Assembly: GCA_965250285.1 (NCBI GenBank)
Contig: OZ252299.1
Span: forward strand, 3,296,001-3,360,000
Source of the DNA: Myxococcota bacterium
GTDB lineage: Bacteria; Myxococcota_A; UBA9160; UBA4427
Length of the DNA: 64,000 bases
Reading direction: 5' to 3'
Made by a program: the position numbers and the translations under genes. Position 1 is the stretch's first letter, and every line of letters starts with the position of its first letter. This document shows, piece after piece, positions 20,478-30,597 of this stretch. The notes beneath the pieces are model-generated. The model was not told the origin of the DNA. It worked only from the letters and a program-made list of their open reading frames with translations, and did no database searches.

Positions 20478-21821
20478 TCAGAAGTAGAACTTGAACTGGA
20501 AGAAGAGCGAACTCGGCGACGTGCCGAACTCGCTGCGCAGATCGATCGAAGGCGGCGGCCCCGCATCCGATTCGGGGCGCTTGCCGATGTTGATCGCCGC
20601 GCCGACGAGAAACTCGGCCTCGTCGCTGACCGAGTAGCGCAGAATCGGCTGGATCTGCATGCTGCCGTCATCGCCCGAGATGACCATCAGCCCGCCCAGA
20701 TTGATGAGCGGCGTCGCCTCCCAGTTCGCCGACAACCCGATCAGATGGTGGCTGACGGCGAAGCTCTCCTGCGCCGCGACGCGCACGAAGCCCACGATCG
20801 GATCGTCCGGGTCGCCCGCACCGTTGTAGAAGTACTGCGCCTGCACCGTCACGCCCTGCGAGAAGTAGTAGCCGGCGGCGATCGTGGCCTCGACGCGGTC
20901 CTCGATCAGATCGGGCCCACCCGGCGTCGCCTCGATCGAGCCGGGCTCGGCGATCTCGACCGACACCTCGCCGCGCACATCGAACCCGCGCGTCTCGCCC
21001 GCGAAGCCCGCGGCGATCTGGTAGGCGCCGTACACCTTGCCGCCCTGAATCGAGACGTCGGTGCCGAACAGGTTGCCGTAGAGCCGTCCGAGCACCGACG
21101 AGCCGTACCAGTCGGCGCCGGCATGCTCCTGGTCGGGGTTGATCGGCTGCCCCATGAGATCGGTCTTGCGACCGGCCACGCCGATCACGTCGAAGCCCGA
21201 GAGATCCCCGAAGGCCCAGGTCACGCGCCCGGCGTCGACCCCCGGCTTGTATTCCTGATCGAACTGCCTCGGATCGAAAGGCAGGTAGACGTCCATGGGC
21301 GACCAGAGGAAGGCGTGCCCGAGGCTGATCGCCTGCCGTCCGAAGCGCAGCGAGAGGTGGTCGCTCTCGCGCGCCGCATTCAAGCGGTCGAGACTGAGCG
21401 CGAGGCTCACGTCCGGCTCGGTCACCTGATCCCAGTCGAGATCGAGCGCGCGGTATCGGGACGTCCCGGGCGAGAGTCCGAGCGTGGGCAGCGTCGCGCC
21501 ACCCGTCGGCGACGCGTAGGTCGATGCGGTGAAGAACTGCACCAGGTGCCCGGTGTAGCTCCAGTGCTCGTCGGGTTTGCCCGCCGCGATGATTCGAAGC
21601 GGCGACTGCAAGAACGCGTCCGCCCTCGCGTCGTCGGGGAAGAGCACGTCGTCGTCATAGTTGATCGAGAAGCCGGCGATCGTCCGAAAGCTGCCCTCGA
21701 GACCGAATGCGCCATCCGGGTCGCCGTAGATCGCGGCTGCAGCGCCCGGCCAGATCGCGACGGCGAGCAGCCCGATCGACGCGAGCGCATGCACGAAGAA
21801 CCGGCTCGGTTGCACGGTCAC
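20478..21821 (-). CDS. Probable outer-membrane beta-barrel/porin-like protein
   Basis: Signal peptide; LDRL..RFGRQAISLG..WSPMD..P.DP..FDQEYKPGVDA pattern; C-terminal FQFKFYF (BAM-type end). Confidence 0.7.
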   Translation of the reverse strand: MTVQPSRFFVHALASIGLLAVAIWPGAAAAIYGDPDGAFGLEGSFRTIAGFSINYDDDVLFPDDARADAFLQSPLRIIAAGKPDEHWSYTGHLVQFFTASTYASPTGGATLPTLGLSPGTSRYRALDLDWDQVTEPDVSLALSLDRLNAARESDHLSLRFGRQAISLGHAFLWSPMDVYLPFDPRQFDQEYKPGVDAGRVTWAFGDLSGFDVIGVAGRKTDLMGQPINPDQEHAGADWYGSSVLGRLYGNLFGTDVSIQGGKVYGAYQIAAGFAGETRGFDVRGEVSVEIAEPGSIEATPGGPDLIEDRVEATIAAGYYFSQGVTVQAQYFYNGAGDPDDPIVGFVRVAAQESFAVSHHLIGLSANWEATPLINLGGLMVISGDDGSMQIQPILRYSVSDEAEFLVGAAINIGKRPESDAGPPPSIDLRSEFGTSPSSLFFQFKFYF

Positions 21822-22570
21822 TCCCAGTCCTGGAACTCGTCGGGCGGACCGTCGTAGACGATCTGGCCGTCGCGCATCCAGATCAGTCTCGTTCCTTGTC
21901 GCATGATTCGGCGGTCGTGGGTCGCCATGACCAGCGTCGCGCCGTGCACCTCGTGCAGCTCGCGCATCACATCGATCAGAGCGTCGGACGTGCGCGAGTC
22001 GACGTTCGCAGTGGGTTCGTCGGCGAGGATCAGCGCCGGGCGGGGCGCGAGCGCACGCACGAACGCGACGCGCTGTTGTTGGCCTCCACTCATCTGGGTC
22101 GGGAAACGATCTTCGAGGCCTTCGAGACCGACTTCGGCGAAGAGCGCAGCGACCCGCGCGCGGCGCTCGGCCGGCGGCACACCCTGCAGCATCATCACGT
22201 ACTCGGCGTTCTCGTACGCCGTCAGCACCGTGATCAGGTTGTAGTTCTGAAAGACGAACCCGATGCGATCCCGGCGCAGCTTCGAGCGATCGGAGCGGCT
22301 CATGACGGCCGCGTCGCGCCCCTCGACCTTGACGCTGCCGCTGTCGAGGTCATCGAGACACCCGATCTGCTGCAACAGACACGTCTTGCCGCTGCCCGAC
22401 GGCCCGGCCAGCACGGCGAAGTCTCCGCGGTGAATGTCGAGGTCGACGCCGTCCAGCGCACGCACGAGGGTCACGCCCTCTCCGAACGTCTTCACCACGC
22501 CGCGCAGCTCGACGACGGCCTCGGCCGGCGCCCCCGCCGCGTCGCTCGCGCTCGTCATGCCTTCGGCCAT
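21818..22570 (-). CDS. ABC transporter ATP-binding protein (LolD/MacB-like)
   Basis: GPSGSGKT, GFVFQNYNL, MSGGQQQRV, ADEPTANVD and ATHD motifs. Confidence 0.95.
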   Translation of the reverse strand: MAEGMTSASDAAGAPAEAVVELRGVVKTFGEGVTLVRALDGVDLDIHRGDFAVLAGPSGSGKTCLLQQIGCLDDLDSGSVKVEGRDAAVMSRSDRSKLRRDRIGFVFQNYNLITVLTAYENAEYVMMLQGVPPAERRARVAALFAEVGLEGLEDRFPTQMSGGQQQRVAFVRALAPRPALILADEPTANVDSRTSDALIDVMRELHEVHGATLVMATHDRRIMRQGTRLIWMRDGQIVYDGPPDEFQDWE

Positions 22571-22600
22571 CGTCCCCTCGAATCCATGCTCGCTGCGCGC

Positions 22601-23857
22601 CTAGGCCCGCAGCTCGTGCGCAAGGTGCATCTTGCCGATGATCCGCATCGGGAAGATCGCCGTCAGCAGCGTGGCCAGCGTGATGTTGCGCAGCACCGCG
22701 GCGTACGAGCTGAAGGCGAGATCGGGGCGCACGATCGTGCTCACTGCGAAGTTTCCGAGCGTCATGTCGTCGTTGCCACCCATGAGACTCGCGAGATCGA
22801 GGCCGTGGTGCATGAAGTACCAGAGCGGCACCCACCCGAGCAGCGACCCCAGCGCACAGCCGAGCAACGCGAGGATCAGCGCCTCGACGACGATCTGCAT
22901 GCCCAGCTCGAGACTCGAGACGCCGATCGCCATTTGAACGGCGAACTCGCGTCGACGCTCGAGCACGCTCATCAGCAGCGTGTTGAAGATCGTGAAGAGC
23001 GTGAGCGCGACCAGGATCGTCGTGAACACGATGTTGCCGCCGCGATCCGAGCGAATGTAGGCGGCGAGGCCGGGCTGCACGTCCTCCCAGCCGAGCAACA
23101 CGAGCTCGCCTCGTGGATCGACGAGCGCCTGCGCCGCGCGCGTCACGCGGCGACGATCGGATCGGTGCTCGAGCACGATGCCCAGGTCGGTGGCGGTGCC
23201 GGGCGCGAGGCCGAGGAAGTGCGCGGCCGCGTCGATCGGCATCTGCACGACGTAGCCGTCGAGCCCGGGCTCACCGCTCCGGAACACGCCGCGCACGCGA
23301 AACAACGACTCGACGAGGTCGCCGTTCACGTCGTTGGCCGAGATCACCAGCTTCTTGCCCGGCGCGAGGTCGAGGCGCTCGGCCATGTCGATCCCGATCA
23401 GAACCCAGCGATCGTCGTCGCCGCGCAGGTACTCGCCGTCGACGATGTGCTCGGCGACCGGCGAGAGGTCACGCTCGATCGCCGGTTCGAGCCCCATGAT
23501 CGCAACCCCCGTCGCCTCGACGCCGCTGCGCGCCATGCCCTGCGCATTCAACAGTCGCTTCGCCACGGCGACGCCGTCGATGGCCTGCAGCTGCGTCGCG
23601 AGCTCGCGCGCGCCAGCGACGTTCGAGTCGAGGTCGGGCGCATCGAGGTACCCCGACCGTTGAATCGTGAGATGGCCGGCCTGGAGACGCGCCGCATCGT
23701 TGATCAGCTGGTTGTAGACGCCGTCGCCGAAGCCGATGAAGAAGATCGTGAGCCCGACACCGAACGCGACGGCCACCGCACTGATGGTCGTTCGCCGCGC
23801 GTGTCGGCGACTCGAGCGCGCGGCCTGGCGCACGATCGTCGCCCAGTTCATGCGCAC
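22601..23857 (-). CDS. ABC permease, FtsX/LolE-like
   Basis: One N-terminal TM, periplasmic domain, NTLLMSVLERRREFAVQMAIG, three C-terminal TM segments. Confidence 0.9.
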   Translation of the reverse strand: MRMNWATIVRQAARSSRRHARRTTISAVAVAFGVGLTIFFIGFGDGVYNQLINDAARLQAGHLTIQRSGYLDAPDLDSNVAGARELATQLQAIDGVAVAKRLLNAQGMARSGVEATGVAIMGLEPAIERDLSPVAEHIVDGEYLRGDDDRWVLIGIDMAERLDLAPGKKLVISANDVNGDLVESLFRVRGVFRSGEPGLDGYVVQMPIDAAAHFLGLAPGTATDLGIVLEHRSDRRRVTRAAQALVDPRGELVLLGWEDVQPGLAAYIRSDRGGNIVFTTILVALTLFTIFNTLLMSVLERRREFAVQMAIGVSSLELGMQIVVEALILALLGCALGSLLGWVPLWYFMHHGLDLASLMGGNDDMTLGNFAVSTIVRPDLAFSSYAAVLRNITLATLLTAIFPMRIIGKMHLAHELRA

Positions 23858-23894
23858 CCCCGATGATGCGCCTGCGCCCCGCGGCGGCCCGCGC

Positions 23895-25151
23895 TCACGA
23901 GATCCTCCGCAGCGCTTCGACGGGAACGACCCGAGCCGCGTGAAACGCGGGATAGAGGCCCGCCAACAGCGCGATCGGGATCAGCGAGAGCGGGGTTCGC
24001 ACGATGCGCGCGAGGTCGAAGTCGGCGCGCCAGATCGGGTCCCAGACGACGCCATTCATCTCGATCTGCCCGCCGAACGCAGTGGTATCGATCCCGTTCG
24101 CGCTCATGTAGAGCGTGGCGAGGGCGCCGATCGCCATGCCGATCGCGGCACCGAGCGCGCTCAGGATGACGACCTCGATCGACATCTCGCCGAAGACGCG
24201 CCAGGGCGACGCGCCGAGCGCCTTCACGAGCCCCATCTCGGGGATGCGCTCGTAGGCCGCCATCAGCATCGTGTTGAGGATGCCGAGCGCCGCCGCGGTG
24301 AAGAAGATGAAGGCGAAGATGGCCATGTACCGATCACTGAGGTCGACCATGTCGGACATCGTCGGGTTGAGCCCCCGCCAGCTGAGGACCTCATCGGCCT
24401 CGGGCGCGACCTCACGCACGAGGCCGGCGAGCTGGGCTTCGTCGAGCACGGGCTGGCGGGTTCGCGCGGGCGCGCCCGGCCCCGGTCGGGTGCTGAGCGC
24501 GATCTGGTGCACGCGCCCGTTCGCAACGAAGATCTCGTCGAAGGTGGCGGCCGGCACCATCACCGCCGTGCGATCGATGCGGTCGCCCATGGCGGAGAGG
24601 ATGCCCCGCACCCGCCACAGCTCGTTGCCCATCGAGCCGTCGGCCGCGGCGACGACGACGATGAGCTCGTCACCGACGTCGGCGTCGATGCTCCGGGCGA
24701 GCTTCTGCCCCAGGACGACGCCGGTCGGGTCGTCGTCGTCGATGAAGGCGCCGTCGACGAGGCTGGTGGCGAGCTTGAAGGCCGCGCGTTCGCGCTCGGG
24801 CTCGAGGCCCCAGATCTCGGCGCCGGCGCTCTTCTCGCCGGCCCCGACCAGCCCGGCACCGAACGATCTCGGGGCCGCGTGGATGCCCTCCTCATCGGCC
24901 CACTCGACGATCGCGCGGGCCCCCTTCACGTCGCGGTACATCGACGGCCGTTTGCGATAACCGTCGCCGTGCACCTGCACCTGCCCGACCTGGACGTCGG
25001 TCAGGTTGGCGATCGTTCCCTTGAACATGCCCATCATGAGGCTCTGGAAGAGGACGAGCACCGCGGTGCTCGCCGCGATCGTCGCGAGCGTGACGAGGGT
25101 GCGGCGGCGATTGCGCCACAGGTTTCGCCAGGAGATGACCAGCCAGCTCAC
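23895..25151 (-). CDS. ABC permease, FtsX/LolC-like
   Basis: SWRNLWRNRRRT, NTMLMAAYERIPEMGLVKALG and YPAFHAARVVPVEALR motifs. Confidence 0.9.
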   Translation of the reverse strand: MSWLVISWRNLWRNRRRTLVTLATIAASTAVLVLFQSLMMGMFKGTIANLTDVQVGQVQVHGDGYRKRPSMYRDVKGARAIVEWADEEGIHAAPRSFGAGLVGAGEKSAGAEIWGLEPERERAAFKLATSLVDGAFIDDDDPTGVVLGQKLARSIDADVGDELIVVVAAADGSMGNELWRVRGILSAMGDRIDRTAVMVPAATFDEIFVANGRVHQIALSTRPGPGAPARTRQPVLDEAQLAGLVREVAPEADEVLSWRGLNPTMSDMVDLSDRYMAIFAFIFFTAAALGILNTMLMAAYERIPEMGLVKALGASPWRVFGEMSIEVVILSALGAAIGMAIGALATLYMSANGIDTTAFGGQIEMNGVVWDPIWRADFDLARIVRTPLSLIPIALLAGLYPAFHAARVVPVEALRRIS

Positions 25152-25188
25152 GTGACGCCTCGACGCGCCTGGCCAACGCGCAGCGCCG

Positions 25189-25992
25189 TCATCGCTTCAG
25201 GCTCTGGATCGTGAAGAGAGAATCTTCGATCGGCGCGTCGAAGTCGAGCTCTTCGTACACGATGATCGTGCGTTGATCGGGCTTGTGCGTCGGCAACAGC
25301 TCGACCCGCGTCGGCACGCGACGCCCGCCCCGTTCGTCCACATCGCTGAAGATCATCACCCGCGCTTCGCGCAGATCTTCGTCGTAGTACGTGATGCGCC
25401 GCGGAATCGGCTCGCCGTCCCCGGCCGCGAGCACCGAGAGCCTGCCCCACACGACCGGCGCATCGGGCTTGGGCACGCAGATGACCTCACGGACGGGTTG
25501 ACCATCGAACTCGGTCGTCTCGCCCCAGCTGAAGGTGTAGTCGCGGGCCATGCGACTCTCTTTGACGAGATCGTCGTTGGAAAAGTCAGAGCCCATCCAT
25601 GAGGCCGACATCATCGAAGACGGCAGCTTCATGACGCGCCGCACCTTCGGCAGGTAGTTCCAGATCTCGTTGCCCCGCCGCAGCGTCGTCGTCCCACGCT
25701 CCTTCTTCGGCGCGAGGATCTTGAAGAGCGAGAGATCCTGCCCCTTGCTCCATGCCTCGATCTCGAGGGTGCGGGACCAGTTGGGCGTGGTGACCTCCAT
25801 GCGCATGAGCGCGCGGCTCTGATCGGACCGGTAGAGGTCGTCGATCGCGTCGAGGAGCGCCTTCGCTTCGGGGACCGACGGCGCCGGCTGCGCCGCAGCC
25901 ACGGGAACGCACGCGAGCAAAGCCAGCCAGAGGCTCACGACGATGCGCGCGGCGCGCTGCCATCGGTGCGGTGGGTGGACGGTGGGGCGCAT
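25189..25992 (-). CDS. Outer-membrane lipoprotein-sorting (LolA-like) periplasmic protein
   Basis: Signal peptide; APKKERG, IWNYLPKVRR, SWMGSDFSNDDL and FTIQSLKR motifs. Confidence 0.85.
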   Translation of the reverse strand: MRPTVHPPHRWQRAARIVVSLWLALLACVPVAAAQPAPSVPEAKALLDAIDDLYRSDQSRALMRMEVTTPNWSRTLEIEAWSKGQDLSLFKILAPKKERGTTTLRRGNEIWNYLPKVRRVMKLPSSMMSASWMGSDFSNDDLVKESRMARDYTFSWGETTEFDGQPVREVICVPKPDAPVVWGRLSVLAAGDGEPIPRRITYYDEDLREARVMIFSDVDERGGRRVPTRVELLPTHKPDQRTIIVYEELDFDAPIEDSLFTIQSLKR

Positions 25993-26057
25993 CCGACGCG
26001 TGCCTCCTCGAATCCAGGACCGGCCGGGACGGGAGCGCAGGGCGCGTCGTGTCTCGC

Positions 26058-26930
26058 TCAGATCACGAGATCGACGAGCAGCGCCATGAAGACGCCCGCC
26101 AGGAAGGCCAGACTCACGAGGAACATCTTACGCGCTGCGGCGTCCGTCTTCTCGCGAATCACCTCGATCGAGGCCCAAAGGAACCAGCCGCAGAGGCCGG
26201 TCGCGACCGCGCCGTAGAACGGACCGACGTAGCCGAGCGCCCACGGTGCGAGGGTCACCGGCACCAGGCCCATCGTGTACCAGAGCATGCGCCAGCGCGT
26301 GGCTTCGTCGCCGATCACGCTCGGCAGCATCTTCACGCCGGCCGCTTCGTAGTCGGCCTTGCGGTAGAGCGCGATGGCCCAGACGTGCGGCGGCTGCCAG
26401 AAGAAAACGATCGCGAACAGGAGCAGCCCACCCAGGCCCACATGCCCGTTGACCGCCACGTCGGCGATGAGCGGAGCCACCGCACCTGCGGCGCCGCCGA
26501 TCACGGCGTTCCAGGCCGATCGCGGCTTGAGCCAGATCGTGTAGACGAACACATAGAAGAGGATCGAGGCGACACCGAGCCCGGCGGCGGGCACGCCCGA
26601 GATCGCGTAGAGCACGACCGTCGACAGCAGCCCCAGCACCAGGCCGAATCGCAGCGCAGCCGGGGGCGAGATCCGGCCAGAGGGAATCGGCCGATCCTTC
26701 GTTCGCTCGGCGCGACCGTCGGCCTCCCACTCGATGTAGGCGTTGAGCGTGTTCGCCGAGGCGGCGGCCAGCGCGATGCCGAGCAACACGGCGGTGCCGA
26801 ACCACAGACTCGGCCAGACGCCGGTCGCGATGCCCATGGCCGGCAAGCCGGTGAAGAGCACCATCGGCAGGAGCCGCGGCTTCGTCAGATCGAGATAGTT
26901 GCGAGCAGTGACGAGGGTCTGGCTGGCCAT
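26058..26930 (-). CDS. cyoE: Protoheme IX farnesyltransferase (heme O synthase, UbiA family)
   Basis: LTKPR, RTKDRPIPSG, YTIWLKPRS, GGAAGA and FWQPPH..IAL....DY motifs; start trimmed to ATG 26930. Confidence 0.88.
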   Translation of the reverse strand: MASQTLVTARNYLDLTKPRLLPMVLFTGLPAMGIATGVWPSLWFGTAVLLGIALAAASANTLNAYIEWEADGRAERTKDRPIPSGRISPPAALRFGLVLGLLSTVVLYAISGVPAAGLGVASILFYVFVYTIWLKPRSAWNAVIGGAAGAVAPLIADVAVNGHVGLGGLLLFAIVFFWQPPHVWAIALYRKADYEAAGVKMLPSVIGDEATRWRMLWYTMGLVPVTLAPWALGYVGPFYGAVATGLCGWFLWASIEVIREKTDAAARKMFLVSLAFLAGVFMALLVDLVI

Positions 26931-27181
26931 GAAGAAGCTGCTGGTCCGTCCTCGGGAGACCCGATCGCCGACACCCCGTCGAGACACCCCGCGCCGCCTC
27001 GCATCGAGGGGGTGACGTGGGGGGCCGCATTCGGCCCCGCGCTGGGGGCCCGGGGCCCGGTCTCGAGCCGCTGCCGTTCGATGATCCGCCTGGGCGAGCC
27101 TCGGGCTGCCCTCGCGGAGCGCGCAGGGTACCGTCCCACCTCGGGAATCGCACCCACGAGCAACCCATCGAGGCACCACGC

Positions 27182-27805
27182 GTGAGCGCCCACGATCAGC
27201 CTGAGCCCGCTCCCTCCGGGGCCGACCGATGGCTCGGACGGCTCGTTGCCGCGGCGCTGCGCTGCCTCGGCGCGACCTGGCGGGTGCATGTCACGGGGCC
27301 CGATCCGTTCGCGTCGGGCCGCCAGCCGGTGCTCGGCGCGCTGCTGCACCGCGACTTCCTGGTCGCGGCCTGGTTCTATCGCGACCGCGGGATCCACGTC
27401 GGCGTCTCGCGCAGCCGCGACGGTGCGCGCATCGACGCCGTTCTCCGCGCGCTCGGCTACGGCGGGTCGGCCCGTGGCTCGAGCACCCGGGGCGGCCTCG
27501 CGGCGCAGCGCGCCCTCCTCGGCCGGCTCGAAGCGGGTGCGTCCGTTGCGGTGGTCGTGGACGGACCTCGCGGGCCAGCCGGCGAGGCCAAGCCCGGCGT
27601 CGTGCAGCTGGCCCGGCACGCTGCCCGCCCGATCCAGCCCGTGGTGTTCGAGTCGCGGCCCGCCTGGCGCTTCGGCAGCTGGGACCGCACGGCCCTGCCC
27701 CTGCCGTTCGCACGCATCAACTGTCGCTATGCCGACCCGATCGAGGTCGCGGAGGGCGAGAAGGCCGAACCCGTCGCGCGGACACTGACGCAGCGACTGG
27801 ATTGA
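27182..27805 (+). CDS. DUF374 lysophospholipid acyltransferase family protein
   Basis: VSRSRDG, RGSSTRGG, VDGPRGP..AKPG and SWDRTALPLPF motifs. Confidence 0.85.
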   Translation: MSAHDQPEPAPSGADRWLGRLVAAALRCLGATWRVHVTGPDPFASGRQPVLGALLHRDFLVAAWFYRDRGIHVGVSRSRDGARIDAVLRALGYGGSARGSSTRGGLAAQRALLGRLEAGASVAVVVDGPRGPAGEAKPGVVQLARHAARPIQPVVFESRPAWRFGSWDRTALPLPFARINCRYADPIEVAEGEKAEPVARTLTQRLD

Positions 27806-27807
27806 GG

Positions 27808-30216
27808 TCAGGCCCCAGCGAGCACCGTCTCGACCGTCTGCTCGAGCCAGGCCCCGACATCGGGGTGAGTGAGCAGACCGCTCTTCTGCAGCCGCCGGGC
27901 GGCGAGCGCGTGCACCTCGGCGGGGTTGCTCACGCGCAGTGCGTGCCGCGCGTCTTCGGCGACCTCGAGGCTGTCGAGGGCGCGGACGATCTCCTTGACC
28001 AGCGGCACGGCGGCGGGGACACCCGAGAGCTCGCCGATCCCGAGACCGACGAGGATCGGCACCGCGAGCGGGTTCGACGCCATCTCGCCGCAGACCGAGA
28101 TCGGGATGCCGGCCGACTTCGCCGCCCGCACCGATTGATCGATCAGCTGCAGCACGGCGGGGTGAAGCGGGTCGTAGAGGTGCGCCACGCGCTCGTTGCC
28201 GCGATCGACGGCGAGGGTGTACTGCGTCAGGTCGTTCGTCCCGATGCTGAAGAAGTCGCACTCGGCCGCGAGCGCAGGCGCGAGGATCGCCGCCGACGGC
28301 ACTTCGATCATGATGCCGATCGGCATGTGCGGGTCGTAGGGCAGCCCGCGATCGTCGAGCTGCTGTCGCGCCTCTTCGAGATACGACTTCGCCTCTCGCA
28401 GCTCTTCGACGCTCGAGATCATCGGCAAGAGCAGTCGCACCTGGCCCTCGGCGCTCGCCCGCAGGATCGCGCGCAGCTGGGCCTTGAAGGCGCGCTCGTT
28501 GTCGAGCGCGAGACGGATCGAGCGACAGCCGAGCTGCGGGTTCTCTTCGAACTCGAGGCCGAGGTTCGGGATGCCCTTGTCGCCGCCGAGGTCGAGCGTC
28601 CGAATCGTCGCGGTCGCGTCGCCCATCTGACGAACCACGCGCAGATAGAGCTGCTCCTGTTCCTCCTGGCTCGGGAAGCCGCGATGCGCGAGTGCGAGCA
28701 GCTCGGTGCGGAAGAGCCCGATGCCTTCGGCACCGTGCTGACCGATCAGCCGCAGATCGGCGAGCAACCCGACGTTCGCCGAGAGCTTCACGACATGGCC
28801 GTCGCGGGTCTCGGCCGGGCGCTCACGCAGCGCGTCGAGATGTTCGACGGCCACCTCGTACTGATGCTGTGCATCCTGGTAGTACGCGAGCAGACCTTCG
28901 TCGGGCGAGAGATACACGGCCCCCGTCGACCCATCGACGATGCACTGCTCGCCCTCGCGCGCCTCGTCCGAGATGCCGGTCACGCCGGTCACCGCGGGGA
29001 TCTCGAGCGTGCGCGCGAAGATGGCCCCGTGCGAGGTCGAGCCGCCGTGCTCGGCGACGATCGCCGCCACGTTCTCCATCTCGAGCTTCGAGAAGAGACC
29101 GGCCAGCACCGCATCGACGACGAGCACCGAGCCGGGCTGCATCGGCTCGTGGTGGTCGCGCACGCCGAGCAGCTGCTCGATCACGCGCTGCCCGACGTCC
29201 TGGATGTCGGCGCCGCGCTCGCGAAAGTACGGATCCTCGATGCGCTCGAAGGTCTCACGGTAGGCGTCGAGCACCGCGCGCAGCGCCCTGAGCGCATTCG
29301 CCTCGCGCGCCACCGCCTGCTCGAGATTCTGAACGAAGCCCTTGTCCTCGAGGATCTGGATCTGCGTGTGGAACACCGCCGCGAACTCGGGACCGAAGCG
29401 CTCTCCCACGTTCTCGCGCGCGTCTTCGATCTCACGGCGCGTCGCCGCGAGGGCGGTATCGAGATCGACGGCCTCCTGCTCCGCCGTCGCCGCCGGCGTG
29501 TACTCGATGTGGTCGAGATCGACGGGGCTCTCGACGCGGTAGACCGGGCCGATCGCGACGCCCCGCGACGTCGGAATCCCGCGCAGCTCGACGTTCGACT
29601 CGGCGCGGGTCGAAGGTCGACTCCCCGTGACGCGCGCGACGACCTCGCTGCGGGTCTCGTCGCTGCGCGACATCAGCGAGAGCAGCTGGGCGTTGACGAC
29701 GACCGGAGCGATCAGCTGCGCACAGGTCTGCAGTAGATCGACATCCTCTTCGTGGAATCGCCGGGGGGTCTCGGTCTGCGTGACGAGCACGCCGATCGCG
29801 ATGGTCGAGCCCTGCATCGTGAGCGGCACCGCGAGCAGCGACTCGAAGCGCTCCTCGCCGGTCTGGGGGAAGTAGCGGTAGTTCGGGTCTTCACTCGCGT
29901 GCTCGATCGCGATCGGCTCGCCCTGCTCGGCCGAGAGGCCGACGAGGCCCTCGCCGAGCGACAGACGCACCTTCCCCACAGACGAGGGGTCGAGCCCCTT
30001 CGTCGCGCGCAACGTCAGATGGGTCAGATCGGTGTCGGTCAGATAGACCGAGCACACGTCGGCCTCGAGTCGTCTCGCGACGAGCTCGGTGACGTTGGCG
30101 AGGGTCTCCTGCAGGTCGTGGCTTCGAGAGACGATCTCGGCCACGTCCGCGAGGATCGAAATGCGGTCCGGAATGGCCACCTCCCGCCGGACGAAACGTC
30201 CGCGAACAGATGGCAC
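27808..30216 (-). CDS. ptsP: GAF-domain PEP-protein phosphotransferase (EI-Ntr)
   Basis: N-terminal GAF domain (CSVYL..GEGLVG..YRYF..TGEE), GGSTSHGAI phospho-His, GIGLFRTE, SIGTNDLTQY, CGEMA; exact start uncertain (30216 or 30180). Confidence 0.93.
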   Translation of the reverse strand: MPSVRGRFVRREVAIPDRISILADVAEIVSRSHDLQETLANVTELVARRLEADVCSVYLTDTDLTHLTLRATKGLDPSSVGKVRLSLGEGLVGLSAEQGEPIAIEHASEDPNYRYFPQTGEERFESLLAVPLTMQGSTIAIGVLVTQTETPRRFHEEDVDLLQTCAQLIAPVVVNAQLLSLMSRSDETRSEVVARVTGSRPSTRAESNVELRGIPTSRGVAIGPVYRVESPVDLDHIEYTPAATAEQEAVDLDTALAATRREIEDARENVGERFGPEFAAVFHTQIQILEDKGFVQNLEQAVAREANALRALRAVLDAYRETFERIEDPYFRERGADIQDVGQRVIEQLLGVRDHHEPMQPGSVLVVDAVLAGLFSKLEMENVAAIVAEHGGSTSHGAIFARTLEIPAVTGVTGISDEAREGEQCIVDGSTGAVYLSPDEGLLAYYQDAQHQYEVAVEHLDALRERPAETRDGHVVKLSANVGLLADLRLIGQHGAEGIGLFRTELLALAHRGFPSQEEQEQLYLRVVRQMGDATATIRTLDLGGDKGIPNLGLEFEENPQLGCRSIRLALDNERAFKAQLRAILRASAEGQVRLLLPMISSVEELREAKSYLEEARQQLDDRGLPYDPHMPIGIMIEVPSAAILAPALAAECDFFSIGTNDLTQYTLAVDRGNERVAHLYDPLHPAVLQLIDQSVRAAKSAGIPISVCGEMASNPLAVPILVGLGIGELSGVPAAVPLVKEIVRALDSLEVAEDARHALRVSNPAEVHALAARRLQKSGLLTHPDVGAWLEQTVETVLAGA

Positions 30217-30229
30217 AGCGTAGCAGGGG

Positions 30230-30259
30230 GGTGCGGGGCCCCGTGTGGGGCCCCGCGCC
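30230..30259. other. GC-rich hairpin between the XRE gene and ptsP
   Basis: GCGGGGCCCC-GTGT-GGGGCCCCGC perfect 10-bp stem, extendable to 13 bp; no clear U-tail. Confidence 0.5.
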
Positions 30260-30306
30260 TGCGAGGGACGCGCCGGGCCCGGGGGCCCTCGGCGCCCTCG
30301 GCGCTG

Positions 30307-30597
30307 CTACTGGTGGTGCGGGAAGGGCAGCGACGGGCGCGTGGGCGGAAACACGAGGTCCTTGTCCTCGAAACGCAGACCGAGCGCGAGAAGAATCTTG
30401 CGCTTGGTGTCCATGCGGCAGTTCATGCCCTTCTCGACGCTGTGGATCGTGCGCAGCGCCACCTTCGCCTTACGAGCAAGCTGCGCCTGAGTCATCAGCT
30501 TGTTCTCACGCAGCTCGCGCACGCGGTTGTGCACGCGCTCGGGCTGCTCGGGCTGTGCCTGCAGAGCAGGCGGGTTCATATCGTGCATCTCACTCAT
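30307..30597 (-). CDS. Small XRE-family helix-turn-helix regulator
   Basis: NRVRELRENKLMTQAQLARKAKVALRTIHSVEKGMNCRMDTKRKILLALG. Confidence 0.85.
   Translation of the reverse strand: MSEMHDMNPPALQAQPEQPERVHNRVRELRENKLMTQAQLARKAKVALRTIHSVEKGMNCRMDTKRKILLALGLRFEDKDLVFPPTRPSLPFPHHQ

Noticed and set aside
26970..26991. GACACCCCG direct repeat upstream of cyoE
   Set aside because: Two 9-bp GC-rich copies are too weak to distinguish from chance in this composition.
30211..30225. TGGCACAGCGTAGCA as a sigma54 promoter
   Set aside because: GG-to-GC spacing is 9 nt rather than 10, and it points antisense into the XRE gene.
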